From an uncultured Candidatus Saccharibacteria bacterium (lineage in GTDB: Bacteria; Patescibacteriota; Minisyncoccia; JBAYJV01), in assembly GCA_964577395.1 (NCBI GenBank), contig CAZNYQ010000013.1, positions 6,409 to 70,408 on the forward strand: DNA of 64,000 bases, written 5' to 3'. Of this stretch, positions 1 through 8,764 are shown one piece after another (within the stretch, counting starts at the first letter, position 1; every line of letters starts with the position of its first letter). Under the pieces are notes generated by a model. It searched no databases. It had not been told where the DNA came from and was given only the letters and a program-made list of their open reading frames with translations. The position numbers were made by a program, and so were the translations under genes.

Positions 1-28
1 AAGTGAGTAATTTTTAGTTTATAAGACT

Positions 29-958
29 TTAAATTTTTCTTTCCAGGATCCTAAATCCTTCTATCAAAGCATCACAAAGAAATTCTTCTAAGGACAAGTA
101 ATTTTTTTTGAGTTGTGCTTTTTGAAGATAATTATTATAGAATTGTTTCCTTGTTTGTTTGATAATAGCAGGAGGTAAGTTTTTTTTCAAAAACATAGCT
201 TGCATAATTAATCTTCCTATCCGACCATTACCATCAGAAAAAGGATGAATTTGTTCAAAACAGCTATGCGTATTAGCAACTTGGAAAATAATGTTTTTAT
301 TAAAACTATTTATATCATCAACAAGCTTATTCATTAATTGAGGTATTTTTTGATAATTGGTAGTTGGCACATAAGTACCAACAATACGTACAGCATGCCT
401 ACGATAAGAACCAGCATCACTTTTTATACTATTCATTAAAATACTATGAAGTTTTAAAATTAATTTTTCATCAATAATTGCTGATTGCCTTAAGAGATAA
501 TTCAATAAGTAATGCCAAGCGGTTTGGTGGTTTTTAACCTCTAGTTGTTCGATAATATTTTTATTAGATAGAGCAATATTATCAAACAAGATGGCCTTAG
601 TCTCATTTTCATTTAGGGTACTGCCTTCTATTTTATTGGTGTGGTAAGTTAAAGAAAGTAAAAATTGGTCATAAATGTCAGGATTTTTTAAAATCTTTTT
701 TAAAATATGTTTATATTTTCTTTCTTTAGTAAAAATAATTTGTTTTTTTGCTTGCAAAGAATCTTCAGGGACTTTCTTCTGACCGCTTAATTTTAAGTAG
801 AGGTTATGGATTCTTTTTTCTGCTTCTTTTCGTGGTTTTGATTTCCCATTAATCCAACTATTTAGTGTAGCAAAAGATACGCTAAGTTGTTTAGCGATTT
901 TTTCTTGAGTGAAGCCAGAAAGAGCCTGTATTATTTTTAGTTTTTCAGAAATAGTCAT
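29..958 (-). CDS. Fic/DOC family protein with N-terminal XRE-type HTH
   Basis: Canonical Fic motif HPFSDGNGRIGR near the C-terminus. The N-terminus MTISEKLKIIQALSGFTQEKIAKQLSVSFATLNSWINGK resembles an XRE helix-turn-helix. Confidence 0.8.
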   Translation of the reverse strand: MTISEKLKIIQALSGFTQEKIAKQLSVSFATLNSWINGKSKPRKEAEKRIHNLYLKLSGQKKVPEDSLQAKKQIIFTKERKYKHILKKILKNPDIYDQFLLSLTYHTNKIEGSTLNENETKAILFDNIALSNKNIIEQLEVKNHQTAWHYLLNYLLRQSAIIDEKLILKLHSILMNSIKSDAGSYRRHAVRIVGTYVPTTNYQKIPQLMNKLVDDINSFNKNIIFQVANTHSCFEQIHPFSDGNGRIGRLIMQAMFLKKNLPPAIIKQTRKQFYNNYLQKAQLKKNYLSLEEFLCDALIEGFRILERKI

Positions 959-1385
959 ATATCTATTTTACAAAACTTTATATGACCTGTCAAATCCTGA
1001 AGCTTTATAAAGTTTTTAATAAAAGATAATCTCTTTATTGAATCTTAAAATTTTATTAAATTTGATTGTTAAAGTTAAATAATTTAAAAAAGCACAGACT
1101 GTAAAAGAGAACAAAAAATGATAGATTTCACAAATTACATGGCGAATTTAAGAATTGTTGCACTTATTATTTAAGGTCTAATCTAATTTTTATTTATAAA
1201 TTAAAGAAAAAAGCACAAATTATTCATTTTCTGTACGTTGAATTACATAATAATCTTTTTTGATAAAGATTAATATGAAAGTCATGAAGGTAACATAAAA
1301 ATGTTACTTTTTTTAATATGTTTCGTTGTAAAAAGTGAAGAAGAAATTTTTTCTTTAATTAATTAGCAAAACACTTTATAAAAAC

Positions 1386-1769
1386 ATGTTAAAAACATTA
1401 AGTATAGTTTTCATCTCTTTTCTTATTGTTATTGGTATTAGTTATGCTGCTCACCTAAAATTAGAAGAAGTTTCAGCAGAAGGTTTTCCTCAAAAAGAAA
1501 TTTCTACCAAGGATCAACTTAAGAATCTCTTTGCAGAAAAGTATGCCCGCGACCCTTCAATAATTAAGTTAATAGATATAGAGGAAACAAAAAATTATGT
1601 TACAGGTAATGTAAAAATAACAGAGAATCCTGGAAGCATAGGACATTTTCTCGCCATTAAAGAAGCAGGAGTTTGGCAATTAATTTTTGATGGTAATGGT
1701 AATTACAGTTGTGAAGCTATCGCAGTATATGATTTTTTGCCAGATAAGATAACAAATTCCTGCTATTAA
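1386..1769 (+). CDS. hypothetical small N-terminally membrane-anchored/secreted protein
   Basis: 127-aa ORF with a hydrophobic N-terminal segment. No recognisable motif. It follows a 430-bp AT-rich intergenic region. Confidence 0.4.
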   Translation: MLKTLSIVFISFLIVIGISYAAHLKLEEVSAEGFPQKEISTKDQLKNLFAEKYARDPSIIKLIDIEETKNYVTGNVKITENPGSIGHFLAIKEAGVWQLIFDGNGNYSCEAIAVYDFLPDKITNSCY

Positions 1770-1837
1770 AAAGTATTTTGTAAGTTTAAGCAATTTAGCT
1801 TAAAATAGATTAATATATAAGTTATAAAATTATAAGA

Positions 1838-2395
1838 ATGTCATTTACACAAGACAGTTTAGCGGTCAAAAAATGCCAAGAAGGAAACTTAGATCAATTT
1901 GCAGGCCTTTACGATAAATATCTAAGCAAAATATATAATTTTATCTACTATAAAACCTTTCATAAAGAAACCACAGAAGATCTTACTTCCAAAACATTTA
2001 TGAAAGCTTTGGAGAATATTGATAAATTTAATTCCAGTAAAGGTAAGTTTTCTTCTTGGCTTTATCGAATTGCTCGTAATTTAGTCATAGATTATTACAG
2101 AACAAAGAAGAATGTTGCCAACATTGATGACATTTATGATTTAATAGACGATACGAATATCTTAAAAAACTTGCAAGATAAAGAAAAACTTCAAGAAGCT
2201 AAAAAATTTCTTGAAAAACTTTCTGAAGAGCAGAAGGAAATTGTTATCATGAGAGTTTGGAACGAGATGTCATATAAAGAAATTGCAGAAATTACAGGTA
2301 AGAGCGAGGGAAATTGTAAGGTCATTTTTTCACGAGTTATGAGATCGATGAATAAAGAGATTGCACCATTAATCTTAATTATGTTAATTATATAA
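1838..2395 (+). CDS. RNA polymerase sigma-70 family ECF-type sigma factor
   Basis: Region-2-like segment WLYRIARNLVIDYYR and region-4-like segment EIVIMRVWNEMSYKEIAEITGKSEGNCKVIFSRVMRSM. Length of 185 aa is typical of sigma-24. Confidence 0.75.
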   Translation: MSFTQDSLAVKKCQEGNLDQFAGLYDKYLSKIYNFIYYKTFHKETTEDLTSKTFMKALENIDKFNSSKGKFSSWLYRIARNLVIDYYRTKKNVANIDDIYDLIDDTNILKNLQDKEKLQEAKKFLEKLSEEQKEIVIMRVWNEMSYKEIAEITGKSEGNCKVIFSRVMRSMNKEIAPLILIMLII

Positions 2396-2397
2396 AT

Positions 2398-3918
2398 ATG
2401 AAAAATTTAAAAGAAAAAATTAATATTATCTTAGAAGATCTTTACCAAATTGACAGTTCTTTTAAAAATTATGAAAAAGACCTACGTCAATTAATTAAGA
2501 ATTTACTTGAGCTAAAGCCACAAGCAGAGTTAGATGAAGAGTTTAGGCAAGAACTTAAAGCTAAAATCCTCAATAGAATAGAAGAGCTTAAAGCAAAAAA
2601 ACAGACAAATCGAACCTCTTTCTTATCGAAATTACATTTAATTAGATTACCAGCTTATGCAGCATTGGGTGTTAGTGTTATTATTTTAGCTCTTCTTGTG
2701 GGGACGGTTTATTATAAAGGGCAATCGCTCTTTGAGGGAGAAAAGATTAGTCTTATAAAAGGAATTAAAATTAATCCTCTATCAAATAATAGAGCTTTTG
2801 GCTCTTTAGAAGATAGTGACTCTCAAACATTAAAACAACAAGAAGAAGCTGCAGAAATGAATGCTCCTCAAGGATTAGGAACAGGACCGGGAAGTTTAGC
2901 TGATAAGCCGGTTGAGGTTGAAATTGCACCTTATAGGCCGATAGATTATAAGTATGTGTATGAAGGAGAGCTTAATTTAGATGGGGATTATGTGAAGGTA
3001 TTACAACGTTCGATTGAGAATAATCTAGGGAGCTTTAATAACATTATTAATCGTTTTAATCTAGGATTAATGGACCTTAATAAGTTTTCTGATATTAGCT
3101 TTAAGACAATTCGTTTAGAAGAAGATAGTGAAGCTGGGTATAATGTTTCTATCAATCTGGATCAGGGCATGATTTCAATTTATAAGAATTGGTCCAATTG
3201 GCCAACTGTACAAGAAAGTAGCGAAGTTATTAGTAAAGATATTTCTCAATCAAAGCCTGCTTTTAATTCTGGCAATATCCCTAATGATAGTACTTTAGTT
3301 GATATTGCTAACCATTTTTGTAAAAGATATAAGATTGATTTAACTCCTTATGGAGAGCCGGAAGTTTATCAAGAAAGAGAATTTTTGATTCAAAAAGAAG
3401 CTGAAGCAGAGAATTTTATTCTTGCCCCTAGTAATATAAGGCTTATTTATCCACTTCTTATTGGAGGAAAGAGAGTTTATACAACGAGTGGTGAAGTTTT
3501 TGGCTTAGATATTTCAATAGATATTGCCAAGAAGAAAGTTAGTGGATTATATAATCTAACAGTTCATCAATATAATGAGTCTAATTATGACATGGCTTCA
3601 GAAAAAGATGTGTTAAGTTATTTAGAAGAAGGAGCAACACAAGGTCATGTTTATTATAGAGACGATCAACGTAAAAAAGTAACAGTTAAATTAGAAGAAC
3701 CTACTATGGGTTATGTAAAATATTGGCAACATAGTAAAAATAGGGGAGAGATGCCACAAGAAATTCTTGTGCCAGCTTTAATATTCTCAATTCAAGAAAA
3801 ACCAGCAGATGCTGTCTATAATTTTCGAGATAAGATTGTTGTACCTCTTGCTAAAGATCTCATTGAAAATATTAACAGTAAACCAATACCTGTTCCTATG
3901 ATTGACATAGAGGAATAA
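2398..3918 (+). CDS. membrane-anchored protein, putative anti-sigma factor (large extracytoplasmic domain)
   Basis: Starts 3 nt after the sigma-factor stop. It has a ~90-aa cytoplasmic N-terminus, a single TM helix (AYAALGVSVIILALLVGTVYY) and a ~400-aa extracytoplasmic domain. This is the usual ECF sigma/anti-sigma arrangement, but no zinc-finger anti-sigma motif is visible. Confidence 0.4.
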   Translation: MKNLKEKINIILEDLYQIDSSFKNYEKDLRQLIKNLLELKPQAELDEEFRQELKAKILNRIEELKAKKQTNRTSFLSKLHLIRLPAYAALGVSVIILALLVGTVYYKGQSLFEGEKISLIKGIKINPLSNNRAFGSLEDSDSQTLKQQEEAAEMNAPQGLGTGPGSLADKPVEVEIAPYRPIDYKYVYEGELNLDGDYVKVLQRSIENNLGSFNNIINRFNLGLMDLNKFSDISFKTIRLEEDSEAGYNVSINLDQGMISIYKNWSNWPTVQESSEVISKDISQSKPAFNSGNIPNDSTLVDIANHFCKRYKIDLTPYGEPEVYQEREFLIQKEAEAENFILAPSNIRLIYPLLIGGKRVYTTSGEVFGLDISIDIAKKKVSGLYNLTVHQYNESNYDMASEKDVLSYLEEGATQGHVYYRDDQRKKVTVKLEEPTMGYVKYWQHSKNRGEMPQEILVPALIFSIQEKPADAVYNFRDKIVVPLAKDLIENINSKPIPVPMIDIEE

Positions 3919-3978
3919 TCTTGACTGAAGGTTGTTTTGATGGATATAATAAAATTATCTTAATTAAGAAGTTAAAAT

Positions 3979-4209
3979 ATGAAAAAAGAAATAGCTAAAT
4001 TGAACAGAGTAGCTGGTCAAATTAAGGGTTTGGCAAGGATGATTGAAGAAGAAAAGAATTGTGATAAAATCATTATTCAGTTTCAAGCCACTAAGGGTGC
4101 TTTGAATAGTATCTTTAGTAATTATCTTAACGATAATTTAACTGAATGCATGAGAGAGAATAAGCCAGAACAATTAAAAGAAATTATTAAGCAAATTAGT
4201 AAAAAATAG
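3979..4209 (+). CDS. CsoR/RcnR/FrmR-family (DUF156) small transcriptional repressor, two-Cys variant
   Basis: 76-aa ORF. LNRVAGQIKGLARMIEEEKNCDKIIIQFQATKGALNSIFSNYLNDNLTECM matches the CsoR-family helix pattern, with Cys in the x-C-x-D position and a second Cys. The His of the Cu-sensing C-H-C triad is replaced by Asn. Confidence 0.55.
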   Translation: MKKEIAKLNRVAGQIKGLARMIEEEKNCDKIIIQFQATKGALNSIFSNYLNDNLTECMRENKPEQLKEIIKQISKK

Positions 4210-4216
4210 CAAGATA

Positions 4217-4253
4217 AAAAAACAAAAAGTTAAAAACATCTTTTTGTTTTTTT
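4217..4253 (+). terminator. AU-rich hairpin plus T-tract, weak intrinsic terminator after the CsoR-like gene
   Basis: aaaaacaaaaag / ctttttgttttt inverted repeat followed by a run of T. Confidence 0.35.
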
Positions 4254-4309
4254 AATTAAAATTTAATTTTAATTAAAATGAAAACAGCTACTAGTATAAA
4301 AAACTAAAC

Positions 4310-4318
4310 TTATCCACA
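4310..4318 (+). promoter_or_regulatory. perfect DnaA box (TTATCCACA) in the nrdJ upstream region
   Basis: Exact 9-mer consensus lying ~130 nt upstream of the nrdJ start. DnaA control of nrd genes is established in E. coli. Identical boxes occur at 34737 and 47313. Confidence 0.4.
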
Positions 4319-4446
4319 GATTTTGGAGCTTTGACTATCTTTATCCTTAGAGTATGATAAGAAAATGATGCTCCCAAAACTTACTCTTGTTTTTTTGAGT
4401 AAGTCTTCATTTGTTAAGTAAGTAAAATATTAGTTAATAAGTTTTT

Positions 4447-6732
4447 ATGGGTAAGATTAAAAAAGTTAAAAAAAGAGATGGTCGTATAGTAAAATTCGAT
4501 CAAGTGAAAATTACCAATGCGATTTATAAAGCAATGCAAGTTAGTCAAGAAGGTGATTTGTCTAAACATCCTTACCGAGTTAGTGAAAAAGTTGTTAAAA
4601 TCTTGCAACAAAAACTAAAAGCTAAGGCTATTCCGGATATAGAAAAGATTCAAGATATTGTTGAAGAAGTTTTAATCTTAATGGATTTTTCTAAAACAGC
4701 CAAAGCTTATATTCTTTATCGTCAAGAGAGAGCTCGCATTAGAGAACAGAAAAAAATAATTCCTCGAGATGTTAAAAAATTAGTCCAAGAAAGTAAAAAA
4801 TATTTTAATGATCCTTTTAGAGAATTTATTTATTATCGAAGTTATTCTCGTTGGTTGGAAGACAAGGGTCGTCGGGAAACTTGGGTTGAGACGATTGATA
4901 GATACGTAAAATTTATGAGGGAAAAGCTGGGGGATAAGCTTAGTGAAAAGGAATATAAAGATATTAAAAAAGCAATTCTTTATCAAGAAGCTATGCCATC
5001 AATGCGGCTTATCTGGGCGGCTGGTAAGGCAGTTAAGGCAAGTAATGTTACTGCATATAATTGTTCCTATATCGCTCCCACTAAATTAACCGATTTTGCT
5101 GAGATGATGTATATCTTAATGTGTGGTGGAGGACTAGGTTTTTCGGTTGAGAGTCGTTTTGCTCAACAACTTCCTTTGATTAAATCGCAGACTGGTAAAA
5201 AATTGGCAACCTATGTTGTCAAGGACAGTAAAGAAGGTTGGGGCAATGCTTTAACAAAAGGATTAAAAACTTGGTATGGTGGCAAAGATATTGATTTTGA
5301 TTACTCACAGTTAAGACCTGCAGGTGCTAGACTTTACACAATGGGAGGCAGAAGTTCCGGCCCTGAACCCTTAAGAGCTTTATTTAATTTTGCAAGAAGC
5401 AAAATTCTAGCAAATCAAGGTAAGCGTTTACGTAATATTGATGTTCATGATATTATTTGTAAAATTGGTGAGCTTGTTGTGATGGGGGGTGTAAGGAGAA
5501 GCGCCCTAATATCATTATCTGATTTGGATGATGAAAAAGTTCGCAATGCAAAAACAGGTGAATTTTACATCAGCAATCCACAACGTTCTATGGCTAATAA
5601 TTCCGCTGTTTATAATAGAAAGCCGAGTAGCCAACAATTTTTAGAAGAATGGTTGGGACTTATGAAGAGCGGTTCAGGAGAGAGAGGTATTTTTAACAGA
5701 GGAAGTCTCAAAGACCAATTACCGGCAAGACGCTGGAAAAGCTTTAAAAAACATTGGGATGCTTCAGGCATTAATCCCTGTGGAGAAATTATTCTAAGGT
5801 CAAAATCATTTTGTAATTTAACTGAAGTAGTAGCACGTCCCCAAGATACCGAGAAAAAGCTTTTAGATAAAATTACTATTGCAACAATTTTAGGAACTTT
5901 TCAAGCAATGCTCACTGATTTTCATTACATTTCCAATGATTGGAAGAAAAATGGTGAAGAAGAAAGATTACTTGGTGTTTCTATTACCGGACAATGGGAT
6001 TGTCCGGTGGTGCGCAAGAAAGAAGTCTTAGCAAAACTTAAGGCAAAAGCTTTAAAAATTAATCGTAAGTATGCTAAGAGATTTAAAATCAAACCCTCTC
6101 TAGGTGTTACTTCTGTTAAGCCGTCAGGGACAGTATCTCAACTTGTGAATAGTTCTTCAGGCATGCATCCCCGTTATGCTAAATATTACATCAGGAGAGT
6201 GAGGGTTTCTGCAAACGATCCTTTATTCAAAATGTTAAAAGACCAAAAATTTCCTTATCATCCAGAAGTAGGCCAATCAGAAGAATCAGCTACTTCATAT
6301 GTGCTTGAATTCCCTTTAAGTTCTCCTAAGGATGCTATTACCCGCAATGATCTTAGTGCTATAGAGCAGTTAGAGCATTGGAAGAAGGTTAAAACAACTT
6401 ATACAGAACATAATCCTTCCCAAACTATTTTAGTAGGAGAAGGAGAATGGATAGAAGCAGCTGATTGGGTATATGATAATTGGAATATTGTTGGAGGATT
6501 GAGTTTTTTACCGCGTGATGATCATATATATAAATTACCTCCTTACGAGGAAATTAGTAAAGAAAAGTATGACGAATTAGTTTCTCAAATGCCAGATATT
6601 GATTTCTCTCAAATCATTGCCTATGAAAAAGATGATCAAACGACTGGTGCGAAGATGCCTGCTTGCGAAAGTCCTGTTTGCGAATTAAAACCTAGCCTAA
6701 AAGAGCCTAAAAATCAAAAATCAGAGGATTAA
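4447..6732 (+). CDS. nrdJ: class II adenosylcobalamin-dependent ribonucleotide reductase (monomeric RTPR-like) with N-terminal ATP-cone
   Basis: ATP-cone-like N-terminus KKRDGRIVKFDQVKITNAIYKA. Active-site NPCGEI...CNLTEV motif. C-terminal Cys pair CESPVCE with C-x4-C spacing, like the thioredoxin-reduced C-terminal pair of L. leichmannii RTPR. A cobalamin adenosyltransferase gene lies immediately downstream. Confidence 0.8.
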   Translation: MGKIKKVKKRDGRIVKFDQVKITNAIYKAMQVSQEGDLSKHPYRVSEKVVKILQQKLKAKAIPDIEKIQDIVEEVLILMDFSKTAKAYILYRQERARIREQKKIIPRDVKKLVQESKKYFNDPFREFIYYRSYSRWLEDKGRRETWVETIDRYVKFMREKLGDKLSEKEYKDIKKAILYQEAMPSMRLIWAAGKAVKASNVTAYNCSYIAPTKLTDFAEMMYILMCGGGLGFSVESRFAQQLPLIKSQTGKKLATYVVKDSKEGWGNALTKGLKTWYGGKDIDFDYSQLRPAGARLYTMGGRSSGPEPLRALFNFARSKILANQGKRLRNIDVHDIICKIGELVVMGGVRRSALISLSDLDDEKVRNAKTGEFYISNPQRSMANNSAVYNRKPSSQQFLEEWLGLMKSGSGERGIFNRGSLKDQLPARRWKSFKKHWDASGINPCGEIILRSKSFCNLTEVVARPQDTEKKLLDKITIATILGTFQAMLTDFHYISNDWKKNGEEERLLGVSITGQWDCPVVRKKEVLAKLKAKALKINRKYAKRFKIKPSLGVTSVKPSGTVSQLVNSSSGMHPRYAKYYIRRVRVSANDPLFKMLKDQKFPYHPEVGQSEESATSYVLEFPLSSPKDAITRNDLSAIEQLEHWKKVKTTYTEHNPSQTILVGEGEWIEAADWVYDNWNIVGGLSFLPRDDHIYKLPPYEEISKEKYDELVSQMPDIDFSQIIAYEKDDQTTGAKMPACESPVCELKPSLKEPKNQKSED

Positions 6733-6749
6733 TATATCATATATATAAC

Positions 6750-7295
6750 ATGATTTATGTTTTTACCGGTAATGGAAAAGGAAAAACATCTGCTGCTCTT
6801 GGTGCTGGATTAAGAATGATTGGAGCAGGTAAGAAAGTTTTTTTAGTGCAGTTTTTAAAAGCTAGTATTTCTTCAGAGAATTGGGCTATTAAAAAAATAG
6901 AGAATTTTGAGATTAGAAGCTTTGGGAGACAAGGCTTTTTTCTTCCTCAAAAAACAATTGAAAAATATCCCAAGCTTAAAGAAAAAGGGGTTAAATCTTT
7001 TGATAAGCAAGACATTAAGTTAGCCAAAGAAGCTCTAGCTTGTGCTAAAAAAAATAGCCATGATTATGATCTACTTATCCTAGATGAAGTTAATATAGCA
7101 ATTCATTTTAAGCTGATTCAGGTATCGGAGTTACTGAAATTTCTAGAGAGAACAAAAAAACATTGTCATATTATTTTAACAGGCAGGCAGTGCCCCCAAG
7201 AAATTATTGAAAAAGCTGACCTAGTAACTGATTTCCAGGAAGTGAAGCATTACTACCAAAAAAATATATCTGCCATTCGAGGTATTGATTTTTAA
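6750..7295 (+). CDS. cobO: cob(I)alamin/cob(I)yrinic acid a,c-diamide adenosyltransferase (CobO/BtuR family)
   Basis: VFTGNGKGKTSAALGAG P-loop, LILDEVN, TGRQCPQEIIEKADLVTDFQEVKHYY and AIRGIDF at the C-terminus all line up with E. coli BtuR. Confidence 0.85.
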   Translation: MIYVFTGNGKGKTSAALGAGLRMIGAGKKVFLVQFLKASISSENWAIKKIENFEIRSFGRQGFFLPQKTIEKYPKLKEKGVKSFDKQDIKLAKEALACAKKNSHDYDLLILDEVNIAIHFKLIQVSELLKFLERTKKHCHIILTGRQCPQEIIEKADLVTDFQEVKHYYQKNISAIRGIDF

Positions 7296-7311
7296 TTTTT
7301 AACTAAAATTT

Positions 7312-7761
7312 ATGTTCAAAAAAAAGACTCTTTTTCCTAGCTTGCTTCTTGTTTTACTGCTTCTAGTTTTAGGGTGGGTTATTATTGATAGAAATTATTC
7401 AAATGTTGAGAAAGAAGATGTTGAACAACCGGGCACGCAAGGGGAAGTTTCTACAGAAATTAGTTTAATTTTAAATTTTGGTAGTGAAGCAAAACTTCAA
7501 ACACAATCTATTAAAATAGAGAATGACTGGACAGCTTTTGATGCGCTTAAAAAAGCTTTAGAGAGATTAGACATTGAATTAGCTACCAAGAAATATGAAC
7601 AAGGTATTTTTATTGAAGCAATTGGAGAGAAAAAAAATGGTGATGATAATAAATATTGGCTTTATTATGTTAATGGTAAAATGCCTGAAGTAAGTTGCAG
7701 CAAACAATTTATTAAACCTGGAGATAAAATAGAATTTAAATTTCAGACTTCGCCTTATTAA
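7312..7761 (+). CDS. DUF4430-like secreted protein, candidate corrinoid-binding (transcobalamin-like) protein
   Basis: N-terminal TM/signal segment. C-terminal KYWLYYVNGKMPEVSCSKQFIKPGDKIEFKF resembles the DUF4430 signature found next to B12 genes in Firmicutes. The placement between cobO and a membrane protein supports this. Confidence 0.5.
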   Translation: MFKKKTLFPSLLLVLLLLVLGWVIIDRNYSNVEKEDVEQPGTQGEVSTEISLILNFGSEAKLQTQSIKIENDWTAFDALKKALERLDIELATKKYEQGIFIEAIGEKKNGDDNKYWLYYVNGKMPEVSCSKQFIKPGDKIEFKFQTSPY

Positions 7762-7764
7762 TTT

Positions 7765-8331
7765 ATGAATTTAAACTTTTTAAAACAGGAAAAAAATCTT
7801 AAAATTATCCTTAGTTTATTTGTTATATTAATTGGTCTAATTTTAAGGCTCTTGCCTCATCCCCCTAACTTTACTCCTATTGGTGCCTTAGCATTATTTA
7901 GTTTTACCTATCTTTCGAGAAAATCATTTTTTTTGCCTGTTGTAATATTATTAATCTCTGATTTTTTGATTGGTTTTTATGATATTAAACTTATGGTAGC
8001 TGTTTATATCAGTTTTTTAATATGTTCTTTGATAGGAATCTTTATTAGAAGAGATAAAAAATGGTCTACAATCTTAGAAAGTTCTCTCTTGGCAAGCTTT
8101 GTCTTCTTTTTAATAACTAATTTTGCTGTTTGGATGTTTACTCCTTGGTATGCACAGTCTTTTCAAGGTCTAATAACTTGCTATACCATGGCACTTCCCT
8201 TTTTAAGAAATACTCTTCTAGGTAATATTTTTTATACTGGCCTACTATTTGGAATCTATGAATTAGCTTTAAGCTTTATTAATAGCAAAGAATCACTATA
8301 CTGTTTTAACTCCAATTCTTTTAAGAGATAA
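7765..8331 (+). CDS. small polytopic membrane protein, possible ECF-type S-component-like substrate capture protein (corrinoid?)
   Basis: 188 aa with 5-6 predicted TM helices. LLPHPPNFTPIGALALFSF is reminiscent of the ECF S-component N-terminus. The function is inferred only from the B12 gene context. Confidence 0.35.
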   Translation: MNLNFLKQEKNLKIILSLFVILIGLILRLLPHPPNFTPIGALALFSFTYLSRKSFFLPVVILLISDFLIGFYDIKLMVAVYISFLICSLIGIFIRRDKKWSTILESSLLASFVFFLITNFAVWMFTPWYAQSFQGLITCYTMALPFLRNTLLGNIFYTGLLFGIYELALSFINSKESLYCFNSNSFKR

Positions 8332-8352
8332 GTTAGCACTTAAAAAAGAGAG

Positions 8353-8380
8353 TTGACACTATCCCCCTAGGGGGTATAAT
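8353..8380 (+). promoter_or_regulatory. sigma-70-type promoter of trxA with a perfect 12-bp palindrome in the spacer
   Basis: TTGACA (8353-8358), 16-nt spacer, TATAAT (8375-8380). The spacer contains CCCCCTAGGGGG (8363-8374), a striking GC palindrome in an AT-rich genome and a possible operator. Confidence 0.5.
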
Positions 8381-8419
8381 AGAATTTGTTTATTTTTTAA
8401 TTTATGTATAAAAATCAAT

Positions 8420-8749
8420 ATGGCAAACCCAGCTCAAGTTAACGCTGATAACTTTGACAAAGAAGTTCTTCAGTCACCAATCCCTGTATTAGTAGATTTT
8501 TGGGCGCCTTGGTGTGGACCTTGTCTTATGATGGCTCCTGTTCTTGATGAATTGTCAGAAGAACTAGAAGGCAAACTGAAAATTGCTAAACTTAACACAG
8601 AAACTCAGGAAAACCAGACTATAGCAATAAAATATCAAATTAGGAGTATTCCTAATATGAAACTATTTAAAGACGGCAAGGTCGTTAAAGAATTTGTTGG
8701 AGCAAGACCAAAGGATGATTTTAAAACTGAACTAGAAAAAGAACTGTAA
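8420..8749 (+). CDS. trxA: thioredoxin
   Basis: WCGPC active site, 109 aa, thioredoxin fold order. Confidence 0.9.
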   Translation: MANPAQVNADNFDKEVLQSPIPVLVDFWAPWCGPCLMMAPVLDELSEELEGKLKIAKLNTETQENQTIAIKYQIRSIPNMKLFKDGKVVKEFVGARPKDDFKTELEKEL

Positions 8750-8764
8750 TTATTTTTTTAAATT

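Noticed and set aside
4210-4446. Possible cobalamin riboswitch in the nrdJ leader
   Set aside because: I found no B12-box-like GCCACTG core or the GC-rich multi-stem architecture. The region is AT-rich with one simple hairpin, so I report it only as a DnaA box plus hairpin. A cmscan would be decisive.
4414-4986. Minus-strand ORFs 4414-4611 and 4780-4986 overlapping nrdJ
   Set aside because: They lie entirely antisense within a well-supported long CDS and are low-complexity, F/I/N-rich translations typical of AT-rich antisense frames.
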